Assembly: GCF_006345805.1 (NCBI RefSeq)
Contig: NW_021835535.1
Coordinates: 1-40,233 of the forward strand
DNA from: Octopus sinensis
Lineage: Eukaryota
Direction: 5' to 3'
Length of the DNA: 40,233 bases
The position numbers and the translations under genes were made by a program. Under the pieces are notes generated by a model, which saw only the letters and a program-made list of their open reading frames with translations, did no database searches and was not told the origin of the DNA. How positions within the stretch are numbered: the first letter of the stretch is position 1; every line of letters starts with the position of its first letter. Positions 11,034 to 22,480 of the stretch are shown piece after piece.

Positions 11034-11807
11034 AAAAAAGGTGTAGGTAGAAACTCTATAAGGTGCACCAAGTGCAAGCTATGGACACATAAGAGGTGTA
11101 GCAATGTCAAAGGAAGGCTAACTAGGAAAATAGTTTTTGTCTGTGGCAGATGCTCAGGAGCAATAAACACTGAAAATGTGCAGAGACCAACGTCTACCAT
11201 GTTCCAGGGAGAAAAACTAGAAGTAGTTGATAGCTTCCACTACCTAGGTGACCAAGTCAGTAGCGGGGGTGGGTGTGCTGAAAGTGTAACTGCTAGAGTA
11301 AGAATAGCCTGGGCAAAGTTTAGAGAGCTCTTACCCCTGCTGGTGACAAAAGGCCTCTCGCTCAGAGTAAAAGGCAGACTGTATGATGCATGTGTAAGTA
11401 CAACCATGCTACATGGTAGTGAAACATGGGCTGTGACTGCTGAGGATATGCGTAAGCTCGCAAGAAATGAAGCCAGTATGCTCCGATGGATGTGTAATGT
11501 CAGTGTTCATAATCGTCAGAGTGTAAGTACCTTGAGAGAAAAGTTGAACCTAAGAAGCATCAGTTGTGGTGTGCAAGAGAGACGGCTGCACTGGTATGGT
11601 CATGTGACAAGAATGGCTGAAGATAGTTGTGTGCAAAAGTGCCACACTCTAGCAGTTGAGGGAACCTGTGGAAGAGGTAGACCCAGGAAAACCTGGGACG
11701 AGGTAGTGAAGCACGACCTTCGAACTTTAGGTCTCACCAAGGAAATGACTAGAGACCGAGACCTATGGAAGTATGCTGTGCGTGAGAAGACCCGGCAAGA
11801 CCAGTGA
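11034..11807 (+). CDS. RTE ORF2 C-terminal fragment (open, but 5'-truncated)
   Basis: ORF track 11016-11807; closely similar to the 5191-6300 translation. Confidence 0.8.
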   Translation, partial: KKGVGRNSIRCTKCKLWTHKRCSNVKGRLTRKIVFVCGRCSGAINTENVQRPTSTMFQGEKLEVVDSFHYLGDQVSSGGGCAESVTARVRIAWAKFRELLPLLVTKGLSLRVKGRLYDACVSTTMLHGSETWAVTAEDMRKLARNEASMLRWMCNVSVHNRQSVSTLREKLNLRSISCGVQERRLHWYGHVTRMAEDSCVQKCHTLAVEGTCGRGRPRKTWDEVVKHDLRTLGLTKEMTRDRDLWKYAVREKTRQDQ

Positions 11808-11859
11808 GAACAGTCAAAATCAAACCAAATCAACATCAGTGGAAATTGCAGCTGTGGTT

Positions 11860-12277
11860 AAGCGAACCATCCGATCGTTTGTCCGTTGCCAGCCTCGCCT
11901 GGTCCCCGTGCCGTTGGCACGTAAAAGCACCATCCGCTCGTGTCCGTTGCCAGCCTCGCCTGGCCCACGTGCTGGTAGCATGTAAAAGCAACATCTGTTC
12001 GTGTCCATTGCCAGCCTTGCCTGGCACGTAAAAGCACCATCCGCTCGTGTCTGTTGCCAGCCTCGCCTGGCCCCCATGCCGGTAGCACGTAAAAGCACCA
12101 TCCGTTCATGTCCGTTGCCAGCCTTGCCTGGCCCCCATGCCGGTAGCACGTAAAAGCACCATCCATTCGTGTCCGTTGCCAGCCTCGCCTGGCCCCCATG
12201 CCGGTAGCACGTAAAAACACCATCCGTTCGTGGCCGTTTGCCAGCTTCGTCTGGCACCTGTGCAGGTGGCACGTAAA
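11860..12277 (+). repeat. Seven ~61-bp tandem units in the RTE 3' UTR
   Basis: Unit AAGCACCATCCGTTCGTGTCCGTTGCCAGCCTCGCCTGGCCCCCATGCCGGTAGCACGTAA; unit 3 is internally deleted. Confidence 0.9.
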
Positions 12278-12430
12278 AAGCACCCACTACACTCACGGAG
12301 TGGTTGGCGTTAGGAAGGGCATCCAGCTGTAGAAACACTGCCAAATCTGACTGGGCCTGATGAAGCCTTCCGGCTTCACAGACCCCAGTTAAACCGTCCA
12401 ACCCATGCTAGCATGGAAAACGGACGCTTA

Positions 12431-12462
<32 letters not shown>

Positions 12463-12498
12463 ATATATATAAATATATATACATATATGTACATATAC

Positions 12499-12533
<35 letters not shown>

Positions 12534-13179
12534 AAGAGAGATACATATACATGCATACATATGTATGTATGTACATATGTGCATACATGAACAAGAAACT
12601 GCAACGCTTCACTTCAAAAATTCTCCAACAAAAATTCATGCACAAAATTTCACACATGCGTTTTTCAAAAACCTGAACACATAAAGATATCATTTCCCAA
12701 AAAAACCCAAAAAAACCCCCAAAAAACCCCAAAAAACAAACAAAAAACAACACCGTTTCTTTTACTTTCCTGATTTTTCATTCCACCTCATTCTCATTAT
12801 ATAAATATATTCCTTTATATTTATTTATTTATCTCAGCCCCTCCACCCCAACATTTAATGAATTTTATCAATTAAAGTTGTCTATCAAAAATCACGAAGA
12901 ACCAACCCCCTTGCCCACCATCCCTGTCCCCTGCCAACCGCATCCGCCATCTTGGTTTTCAAACCTTTTCATTTGTTTAGTTTTATTTCGCAGAATGTAA
13001 TGGAATAATATGGAAGAATCTAGTGTGAAATAAGATAAAAATCAAACTACTTGATAATGATTTTGGTGGTTTGGGTAGAATTATTCCATTATTTCATCTC
13101 GTTCTCTTAATTTGATGCTAAATATCTAAACGAACAAAATTTCCTTCTTTTTATTTTGTTCTCATTTTTTTTTTAACAA

Positions 13180-13586
13180 AGAACAACAAAAGAGAAACAA
13201 AAAAAACAACAACAACGAAAGCAATAATATTGATAACAAAAACAACAACAAAAATCGCATTAACAACAGCAACAACAGTAGCAGCAAAAACAACAACAAA
13301 AACAACGATAACAATAAAATAACAACACAAAACAAAATATCAAGAAGAAGAAAAAGAACAACAATAACAACATCAATAAAAGACCAAAATATCAACAACA
13401 ACAGCACAAAATAAAATATCAAGAAGAAAAAGAACAACAACAACAATAAAGGACCAAAATATCAACAAGAACAACATCAACAACAACAACAACAGCAACA
13501 ATAAACTATATATATATATTTTTAAAAAAAATAAGTTTAACGAGTAAGTAATTTAACGAGTAAGTAATTTAACGAGTAAGTAATTT
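13180..13586. repeat. (CAA)-rich low-complexity tract with internal duplication, then 3 x 16-bp TTTAACGAGTAAGTAA
   Basis: Directly visible; 16-bp units at 13536, 13552 and 13568. Confidence 0.85.
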
Positions 13587-14311
13587 GGTTCCTAATATGT
13601 TTTTTGAGCGTCTGTTTGTCCTTGCATCATTACATTGTTGTTGTTGTCATTGCTGTTGTTGTTGTTGTTGTTATATAAGATTTAATTAACAAATTAATTG
13701 TTCGTTAGTGTTATCGTTACTGTTATTATCTTCATTGTCATAATAACGAGTGGAGTTAGAATGGAATGTGGCATCAGAAAGGCATGCCGAATCATGTCTT
13801 AGATTCCTCACCCCACCTCACCCCCACCATTCACTTTATCCCCCCACCACACACATACCTCACCACCACACCTCTCACCCCTATACCCCATCAATCAGGT
13901 CATTATTTTTTAAAATTTTCTTTTATTTGTTAGTAAAATTTGAAAAGAACAATTAAAAAACAAAAAATAATAAAAAAAAAACAAGACAAATTCCCAGAAA
14001 AACTTCCAAAAACGAACTTCTTAGCATTTTACTAATCAGATTTAATGAATAAGTAATTTCGTTCGTTACTTTCTGAATATCTGTCTGTGTGTCTTTTTAT
14101 AAAATTAAGTGATCACCCTCCTCCTCCTCATCATTGTCACTATCGTCGCCATCATCATCATAATGATGATACTCTTCACCTACTTCTCTTCCTCTTCCTC
14201 CTTCTCTTCCTCCTCCTTCTCCTTCTCTTCCTCCTCCTCACCTTCTCTCTCTCTCTCTCATACATACAGACACACATGCACAAATATATTAATAAATGTA
14301 CATACACTCAT

Positions 14312-14484
14312 CTGCCGTTACGTTGTGAGTTCAAATTCCGTCAAGGTCGACTTTGCCTTTCATCCTTTCGGAGTCAATTAAATAAGTACCAGTTACGCAC
14401 TGGGGTTGATGTAATCGACTTCTCTTTGTCTGTCCTTGTTTGTCCCCTCTATGTCTAGCTCCTCTGTGGGCAATAAAGGAATAA
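14312..14484 (+). mobile_element. SINE family 2, 5'-truncated
   Basis: Homologous to 15468-15690. Confidence 0.85.
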
Positions 14485-14527
14485 ATATATATACATACAC
14501 GCACATACATATATATACATGCACAAC

Positions 14528-14822
14528 CAAAATCGTAGCTGTGGCCAGTGGCCCCTGACTGGTTCTTGTTCTGGTGGCATATAAAAATGTATCATCCGAA
14601 TGTAGTCGATGCCAGGTCCACCTGACTGGCCTCTGTGCTGGTGGCATGTAAAAAACACCCACTACACTCTCGGAGTGGTTGGTGTTAGGAAGGGCATCCA
14701 TCTGTAGAAACATTGCCAGATTAGACTGGAGTCTGGTGCAACTGCTGGCTCTCCAGACTTCGGTCAAACCGTCAAACCCATGCCAGTATAGAAAATGGAC
14801 GTAAACCAATGATGATGATGAT
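14528..14822 (+). mobile_element. RTE 3' UTR copy with (GAT)n tail
   Basis: Homology to 12240-12462. Confidence 0.85.
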
Positions 14823-14896
14823 ACACACAAACACACATGAACACACACACACATATAAATACACACACATGCATACATAAATATATACTTAACTAC

Positions 14897-15304
14897 AGGT
14901 GCAGGAGTGGCCGTGTGGTAAGTAGCTTGCTTACCAACCACATGGTTCCAGGTTCAGTCCCACTGCGTGGCATCTTGGGCAAGTGTCTCCCACTATAGCC
15001 TCGGGCCGACCAAAACCTTGTGAGTGGATTTGGTAGACGGAAACTGAAAGAAGCCCGTCGTATATATGTGTATATATGTGTGTGTATGTTTGTGTGTCTC
15101 TGTTTGTCCCCCTAGCATTGCTTGACAACTGATGCTAGTGTGTTTATGTCCCGTCACTTAGCAGTTCGGCAAAAAGAGACCGATAGAATAAGTACTAGGC
15201 TTACAAAGAATAAGTCCCGGGGTCGATTTGCTCGACTAAAGGTGGTGCTCCAGCATGGCCGCAGTCAAATGGCTGAAACAAGTAAAAGAGAGAGAGTAAA
15301 AGAG
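14897..15304 (+). mobile_element. Full-length SINE family 1
   Basis: As for 9714-10114. Confidence 0.9.
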
Positions 15305-15319
15305 TATATATACATACAC

Positions 15320-16272
15320 AACAGTGAAACATGGGCTGTGACCACCGAGGACATGCAAAGGCTTGAAAGAAATGGAACCAGTATTCTTCGCTGGATTTTC
15401 AATGTCAGCATGAATGTATGACAGAATGTAAGCATCTTGAGAGAAAGGTTAGGCATAAGTGGCATCAGGGTGGCAGAACCGTTAGCACGCCGGGCGAAAT
15501 GCTTAGCGGTATTTCGTCTGGGTTACGTTGTGAGTTCAAATTTCGGCGAGGTCGACTTTGCCTTTCATCCTTTCGGGGTCGATAAATTAAGTACCAGTTA
15601 CACACTGGGGTTGATGTAATCGACTTAATACCTATGTCTGTCCTTGTTTGTCCCCTCTGTGTTTAGCCCCTTGTGGGTAGTAAAGAAATAGTATGGTCAT
15701 ATGATGTGTATGGACGAAGACAGCTGTGTGAAGAAGTGCTCATCACTATCTGTGGAGGGAGTCTGTGGAAGAGGTAGACCCAGGAAGACATGGGATGAGG
15801 AGATGAAGCACAACCTTCAAACACTGGGCCCCATGGAAGCAATGACAAGCGACCGAGGACTTGAGAAGACCTGTCCAGCCAAGTGAAATTGCAGTCGTGG
15901 TCGCTGCCAGAATTGTGTAATTGGCGAGTAAGAAGCACCCTTTGAAGTTTGGGCCCCATGGAGGCAGTGACAAGTGACCGAGACCTGTGGCAATATACCG
16001 TGCTTGGGAAGACCTGTCAAGCCAAGCAATGTCATAGTTACGGCTGATGGTGGTGTTTCGTAACTGGTACCCATGCCGGTGGCACACGAAAGGCATCCAC
16101 TACACTCTTGGAGTGGTTGGCATTAGGAAGGGCATCCAGCTGCTGAAACAATGTCAAATCAGATTGAAACTTGGTGCAGCTTCCCAGCTTACCAGTTTTC
16201 AGGCAAACCGTCCAACCCATGCCAGCATGGAAAACGGACGATAAACGATGATGATGATGATGGTGGTGATGA
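15320..16272 (+). mobile_element. Decayed RTE 3' fragment interrupted by a SINE
   Basis: SETWAVTTEDM..RW (15320-15467), then YGH..DSCVKKC..GRGRPRKTWDE (from 15691), a partial duplication, the 3' UTR and a GAT tail. Confidence 0.85.
15468..15690 (+). mobile_element. tRNA-derived SINE family 2
   Basis: A-box-like TGGCAGAACCG, B-box-like GAGTTCAAAT, central GGTCGACTTTGCCTTTCATCCTTTCGGGGTCGATAAA domain and A-rich tail. Confidence 0.85.
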
Positions 16273-16329
16273 TATGTGTGTGTGTGTGTGTGTGTGTACA
16301 TACAAAAAGAACACAAATGGGGTTTAAAA

Positions 16330-16869
16330 TTTACTACAGCTATTTCAGTTTAAAAAGCCCCATTGGACATCATGATGGATGTCAGGATTTTGTCACAAAA
16401 GATCTTTGACAGTAATTCAATAGTTTCTTGGAAACTAATCTCTCTCACCTTTTTGGGCAATATATCAATTAATATATATGAACAGCATGTGGATCATATA
16501 AAAGCTGTGTTGAAGAAAATTAAAGAGTATGGGTTCGCCTTGAGTGAAGAAAAATGCGAATTCTTTTTGCTTCAAATTAGGTAAAAAAAACATTATAAAA
16601 ATGGTAGACGGCCTGACACGTTGAGGGCAAACGCAATAAAGAATATGCCTGCTGTGGCAAATGTACGAACATTACAAGCGTTTCTTGGGCTGACTAACTA
16701 CTACCAAAACTACATTCCAAACATTACAAGTGTTTCTTGGGCTGACTAACTACTACCAAAACTACATTCCAAACATTACAAGCATTTCTTGGGCTGACTA
16801 ACTACTACCAAAACTACATTCTAAAACAAGTACAAACTAAGAGCTCCTTTGAATGACTTATTAATAAAA
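16330..16869 (+). mobile_element. Ty3/Gypsy LTR-retrotransposon RT remnant
   Basis: EQHVDHIKAVLKKIKEYGFALSEEKCEFF ... RPD..RANAIKNMP ... LQAFLGLTNYYQNYIPN ... LRAPLNDLL, which is typical of the Gypsy RT C-terminus. Confidence 0.8.
16668..16823 (+). repeat. 3 x 52-bp tandem repeat within the Gypsy remnant
   Basis: Units start at 16668, 16720 and 16772. Confidence 0.9.
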
Positions 16870-16944
16870 GAGCGGAGCTCTTCGTCGGAAACGTAGGAGA
16901 AGGAAAGATCCAGAGAAGGGAAGACAGAGGAAAAAAAAATCGCC
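16870..16944 (-). mobile_element. Family C element fragment with 5' half of an HHR-like motif
   Basis: Minus strand GTTT-CCGACGA-A-GAGC(TCC)GCTC, truncated exactly before GAAA. Confidence 0.5.
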
Positions 16945-16957
16945 ATATATGTATATA

Positions 16958-17120
16958 TACACAACAGGCTTCTTTCAGTTTCCATCTGCCAAATCCACTC
17001 ACAAGGCTTTGGTTTGCCTGAGGCAATAGTAGAAGGCACTTGCCCAAGGTGCCATGCAGTAGGACTGAACCCAGAACCATGTGGTAGAGAAGCAAGCTTC
17101 TTACCACACAGCCATGCCTG
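16958..17120 (-). mobile_element. SINE family 1, 5' half
   Basis: Reverse complement of head and core. Confidence 0.85.
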
Positions 17121-17564
17121 TATATCTAGAAAAAATAAACAGTATTTTTATCTGAATATCTCTTGACCATTGTCGCATTTATTTAGTTCATGAAAAATTA
17201 ATTTAGATCGTTATCGAGTTAAAAAATTATAATTGTTTGATTGATTAATTGTTCGTTAGTGTATCCTTGTGGCTGTTGTTATGTTAATTGTGGTTGCATT
17301 ATGTTATTCAGTGTCATTGACCTTTCTTCAGAGGGTGTTGGGGATTGATAGGAAGTGAAGACGAGAAAAAGGTGAGGAGGGAGGGGGGAAGGATGAGAGG
17401 GAGGAGGAAGGAAAGAAGGAAGAAAGGGAGACAGGAGAAGAACCATGATTCATAGGTGATGACCATCCCCTATGAAAAGAAGGATTGTCATAGTCATATG
17501 TGGAATGCTTTGACCACAGGTCAGTCTGATCAGGGATGACCAGGGATGAAACAACCACAACATA

Positions 17565-18300
17565 TATGAAAGATGAGGGTCCAAGCACTCATGAAGTGTG
17601 AAGGGTTAAGATTAAGGTTAGGATTAGGGTTAACAGACCAGCATTTATAAAGTGTTAAGGGCCTATCGTTTGTTAAGCATCAAGGGCTTAGTGTTTATGA
17701 ATGATGAAAGGCTTAGCATTTATAAAAGGTGTAGGGCATCGGAGGATTTATAAATTATTGAAAGGCCTTGCACTTATAAAGGGTGAAGGGGCCTAACATT
17801 TATCAAGTGCAAAGGGCCTAGAATTTATAAAGTTTGAAAGGTCTAAATTTATAAAGTATTGAAGGGTTGAAGGGTTTTGCACTTATGAAGAGTAAAAGGC
17901 CTAGCATTTATGAAGCATAAAGGGTGAAGATCCTTGTATTTAGAAAGCACAAAGGGCTTAGTATTTATGAATGATGAAGGGCTTAGCCTTTATAAAGGTT
18001 GTAGGACATAGAATTATGAAGTGTGGAAGGGCCTTGCACTCATAAAAAGTGAAGGGCCAAGCATTTATAAGGTGCTTAGGGCCTAAAATTTATAAAGTTT
18101 GAAGGGCTTAAATTTATAAAGAATTGAAGGGCCTTGCACTCATAAAAGGTGAAAGGCCAAGCATTTATGAAGTGTTTAGGGCCTAAAATTCATAAAGTTT
18201 GAAGGGCTTAAATTTATAAAGCATTGAAGGGACTTGTTGTTATAAAGGGTAAAAGGTCTCCTGTTTAGGAAGAATGAAGGGCCTAGTATTTATAAAGGGT
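17565..18300. repeat. Degenerate ~24-25-bp minisatellite with a 100-bp higher-order repeat
   Basis: Monomer approximately TTTATAAAG...GAAGGGCCTAGCA; near-identical 100-bp blocks at 18026 and 18126. Confidence 0.85.
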
Positions 18301-18712
18301 GTGTGTATTGTGTGGTATTTCTGAGCATTGAACATATATTGTTATGCTAAAGAGAGGAGTTTCTTGTCAGATATCTCACATGATGCGTGCACACTTGTAT
18401 GTAGACACACACATGGGTGTGTGTCTGTGTGAGTTGTGTATAAATGCTTGCATGTGTGAGTGTGTGTATGTGTATGCATATGCGCGTGTAAATAATCATG
18501 CTTTAATAGTGTGATTATGTTCACACTCATGATACGCATAATCATAACCGGTTGCGTCCATTCCGCAATGAATAACTTGATGTCAGTTCTAGAACGACAC
18601 CAAATCTCGTTGGTTTATCAAATGAATTATATTTGCTGTAAGTCTTCTTCAAAACCGAAACATACAACGACAAACAACAACAATAACAAACACAGTAATA
18701 ATAATAATAATA

Positions 18713-18747
<35 letters not shown>

Positions 18748-18864
18748 GTGATATAAAACATAATTTAAATGAAAGAAAAAGAAAATGGTTTTCTTTTTTG
18801 ATAAGCATTACTTTTCACCATTCATTATTGTTAATCCTTTTATCAGTGGATATTACATATGTAA

Positions 18865-19114
18865 ACACACACACACACGCGCACACACACACACACCACA
18901 CATGCGCACACACACACACACACGCACGCGCACACACACACATGCATAGAAAAATACACACATACACATGCACAAACACATGTGAATGTGTATCTATGTA
19001 TGTGTATATATGCATATATATACAAACATAGATACATACACATATATATATATATACACACATATATATCTGTGTGTTGTATGTATAATGTATAAATAGT
19101 ACATATGCTTACAG

Positions 19115-19146
<32 letters not shown>

Positions 19147-19280
19147 CATATGTATGTATATTGTACATATCTATATAGATGTATATATTATACATACATA
19201 TACATATACACGTATGTATACATATATGTGCAGACATATGTACATATTACATGTATATATATATACACACACATACATAA

Positions 19281-19328
<48 letters not shown>

Positions 19329-19337
19329 CATGTATAT

Positions 19338-19375
<38 letters not shown>

Positions 19376-19454
19376 TATATATGTATATGTATATATATGT
19401 ATATATGTATCTATCTATCTATTTATATATATATATGTATATATATACATATAC

Positions 19455-19533
<79 letters not shown>

Positions 19534-19870
19534 CTATATATATATATATAGATAGATATCTGCATGTATGTATGTATATACATACAATTTATATACACAC
19601 TCACATATATAAATGTACGCGCATATGTATGTATAATTGTTTGCCTGTACATTCATACACACACACACACCACACACACGCACGCGCACACACACACATG
19701 CATAGAAAAATACACACATACACATGCACAAACACATGTGAATGTGTATCTATGTATGTGTATATATGCATATATATACAAACATAGATACATACACATA
19801 TATATATATATATACACACATATATATCTGTGTGTTGTATGTATAATGTATAAATAGTACATATGCTTAC

Positions 19871-19910
<40 letters not shown>

Positions 19911-20041
19911 GTATGTATATTGTACATATCTATATAGATGTATATATTATACATACATATACATATACACGTATGTATACATATATGTGCAGACATATGT
20001 ACATATTACATGTATATATATATATACACACACATACATAA

Positions 20042-20075
<34 letters not shown>

Positions 20076-20090
20076 ATATATATATATATG

Positions 20091-20173
<83 letters not shown>

Positions 20174-20193
20174 CTATATATATATATATATAT

Positions 20194-20224
<31 letters not shown>

Positions 20225-20239
20225 ATATACATATATATA

Positions 20240-20279
<40 letters not shown>

Positions 20280-20455
20280 TATATATATATAATATATATA
20301 TATATATAGATAGATATCTGCATGTATGTATGTATATACATACAATTTATATACACACTCACATATATAAATGTACGCGCATATGTATGTATAATTGTTT
20401 GCCTGTACATTCATACACACACACACACACACACACACGCACGCACGCACACATA
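18865..20455. repeat. ~757-bp tandem duplication of a microsatellite-rich block
   Basis: Unique markers recur at 18944/19700 and 19551/20309; only microsatellite lengths differ. Confidence 0.85.
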
Positions 20456-21030
20456 CCCATGAATGAATAAATGTACACAATACATAGACGAACAGCCCGA
20501 GGCCCATCATTTAGCTGTTATATATTACATCTACCAGGTCAGACACAGTCAGGCAATAATGACTGGTTTTGAGCAACTCCAGACATTTTCTAAACACTTT
20601 TCCAGCACTTTGCTATGTTTCTTGTTGTTGTTGTTCTCATTGTTGTTATGGTTGTGTAAACCTCCCCCACTCCACCCCACATAGTTCTGCCTCTGAGGTA
20701 GCAAACCTATGATCAGAGACACTCTGTCTGTGACCATCCCTCTTTTTTGTTCTTTTATTTATTTTTTTTTGTCTGTTGTATAGGATCACATTGTATAGTG
20801 TGTACATTCACTGTTGTAGACCATACAGAGCAGTTTGAGGGAGATATGGTTGCCATTTCTAGCACATTGAATCAAGCATGGGCAACCTATGAAGTAGGCC
20901 ACATGTGGCATGGTTCATAATCAGGTGGGCCACACTAAAAAACTTTAATGTAATTTTTTTGTTAGTCATACTGTTCAGAAATTCCCATGGGCTCAGTTTG
21001 CTTATAATTGGCAAAGATGTTTCCCTTGTC

Positions 21031-21318
21031 CCTGTGCTGGTGCCATGTAGGAAGCACCCAGTGCACTCTGTAAAGTGGTTGGTGTTAGGAAGGGCATCCA
21101 GTCATAGAAACCATGCCAAAAAGGACACTGGAGCCTGGTGCAGCTCTCCGGCTGGCCAACTCTTGTCAAACTGTTCAACCCATGCCAGCATGGAAAATGG
21201 ACATAAAATGATGATTACGATGACGATAATGATGATGATGATGTTTAATGATGATGATGATAACGACGACGACAACGACGATGATGATGCTAATGATGAT
21301 GATGGTGATGGTGATGAT
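21031..21318 (+). mobile_element. Diverged RTE 3' end with expanded (GAT/GAC)n tail
   Basis: GTGGTTGGTGTTAGGAAGGGCATCCAGTC...CAACCCATGCCAGCATGGAAAATGGAC. Confidence 0.8.
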
Positions 21319-21344
21319 GTTCTTGTCTTGGTTTAATCTTTGCA

Positions 21345-21700
21345 AGCCCAATGTTGTAAATTCTGTGTTACAGACCATACAGTATGTTTTGAGGGAGATT
21401 TGGCTGCTATTTCTAGCAGGTTAAGTGATCCTTTAGACGTTTTCTACATTGGCTCTTGGCTTGGAAGTAAATGTGTACATTCTCTGTTACAGACCACACT
21501 GTGGGGTTTGAGGAAGATTTAGCTGTTATTTCTAGAAGATCAAGTGACAACACTGATGTTTCATGTTTCCCTCAGTTTCATCGTTGCACGCCTAATGTGT
21601 GCTTTCTTTCTTAAAGTCAGTGTGGTTTGAGGAAGATTTGGCTGCTATTTCTCACAGGTTAAGTAACCCTATAGATGTACTTCCATCACTGGTTCATCTA
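21345..21700 (+). repeat. Three diverged ~120-bp tandem units (fourth copy at about 20800-20875)
   Basis: Conserved core TTTGAGGRAGATTTRGCTGYTATTTCT recurs with ~120-bp spacing. Confidence 0.7.
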
Positions 21701-21954
21701 AGCAAGTGCTACATAATGTTTCTGAGCATTTATGTAATATTTTATGGTGATTTGGAGGCCTTCATGCACTTGAGGACAATTTCAGATTGGTTCTGAGATA
21801 TTTTCCGAGAATTATGGAGTTTTCAGTAATTAAATATAAGGTTAATATAATTAATGAAGAGAGACAGAAAAAATCTAATTATACGTACTTTATTTGGTGA
21901 GAGGAAATGATATCAGATCAATTACTTAAACAGAATTTTTACTTGTCATGGGAA

Positions 21955-21957
21955 AAC

Positions 21958-21995
<38 letters not shown>

Positions 21996-22102
21996 CCACC
22001 ACCCACAACAGAATTATCTCCACCACTACCACCATCATCATTATCACCACCACCACCACAATCATCATCATCGCCACCATCCACAACTGCATCATAACCA
22101 CC

Positions 22103-22133
<31 letters not shown>

Positions 22134-22282
22134 CCACAATCCACAACAGAATTATCACCACCACCACCACTGCTGCCACCATCGCCACCACCACCACTAC
22201 CACCACCACCACCACCATCATCATCGCCTCCATCCACAACTGCATCATCACCACCACCATCACCACCACCACCACCACCACC

Positions 22283-22313
<31 letters not shown>

Positions 22314-22480
22314 ACAAAATCAACCTCAATAGGCTCTATCTGCCTCATGCGAGCATGGAAAAGTTGGCATTAAAATGATGATGATGAGGTGGAGGAGGAG
22401 GAGGAGGAGGAGGAGGAGGAGGAGGAGAAGGAGGAGAAGGAGGGGGAGGAGGAGGAGGAGGGTACTGATGATGATGATGC
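21955..22480. repeat. (CAT/CAC)n, then (GAT)n/(GAG)n trinucleotide arrays
   Basis: Directly visible; poly-His, poly-Gly and poly-Arg ORFs are artefacts. Confidence 0.9.

Larger units (their letters stand above)
11034..12462 (+). mobile_element. RTE-clade LINE, 5'-truncated, with complete 3' UTR and (GAT)n tail
   Basis: Uninterrupted ORF2 C-terminal part (PHD-like finger, YLG, LHGSETW, WYGHV, RGRPRKTW), followed by tandem 3' UTR units and a GAT tail. Confidence 0.93.

Noticed and set aside
12358-12382. CTGATGA-AGCC-TTCC-GGCT (also CTGACGA at 39179) resembling an HHR 5' half
   Set aside because: It is followed by TCAC, not GAAA, with no stem III or cleavage triplet. Better explained as the RTE 3' UTR stem-loop.
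16668-16823. CRISPR-like or repeat-spacer arrays (also 11860-12277 and 21345-21700)
   Set aside because: These are direct tandem units without unique spacers, in eukaryotic TE-derived sequence.
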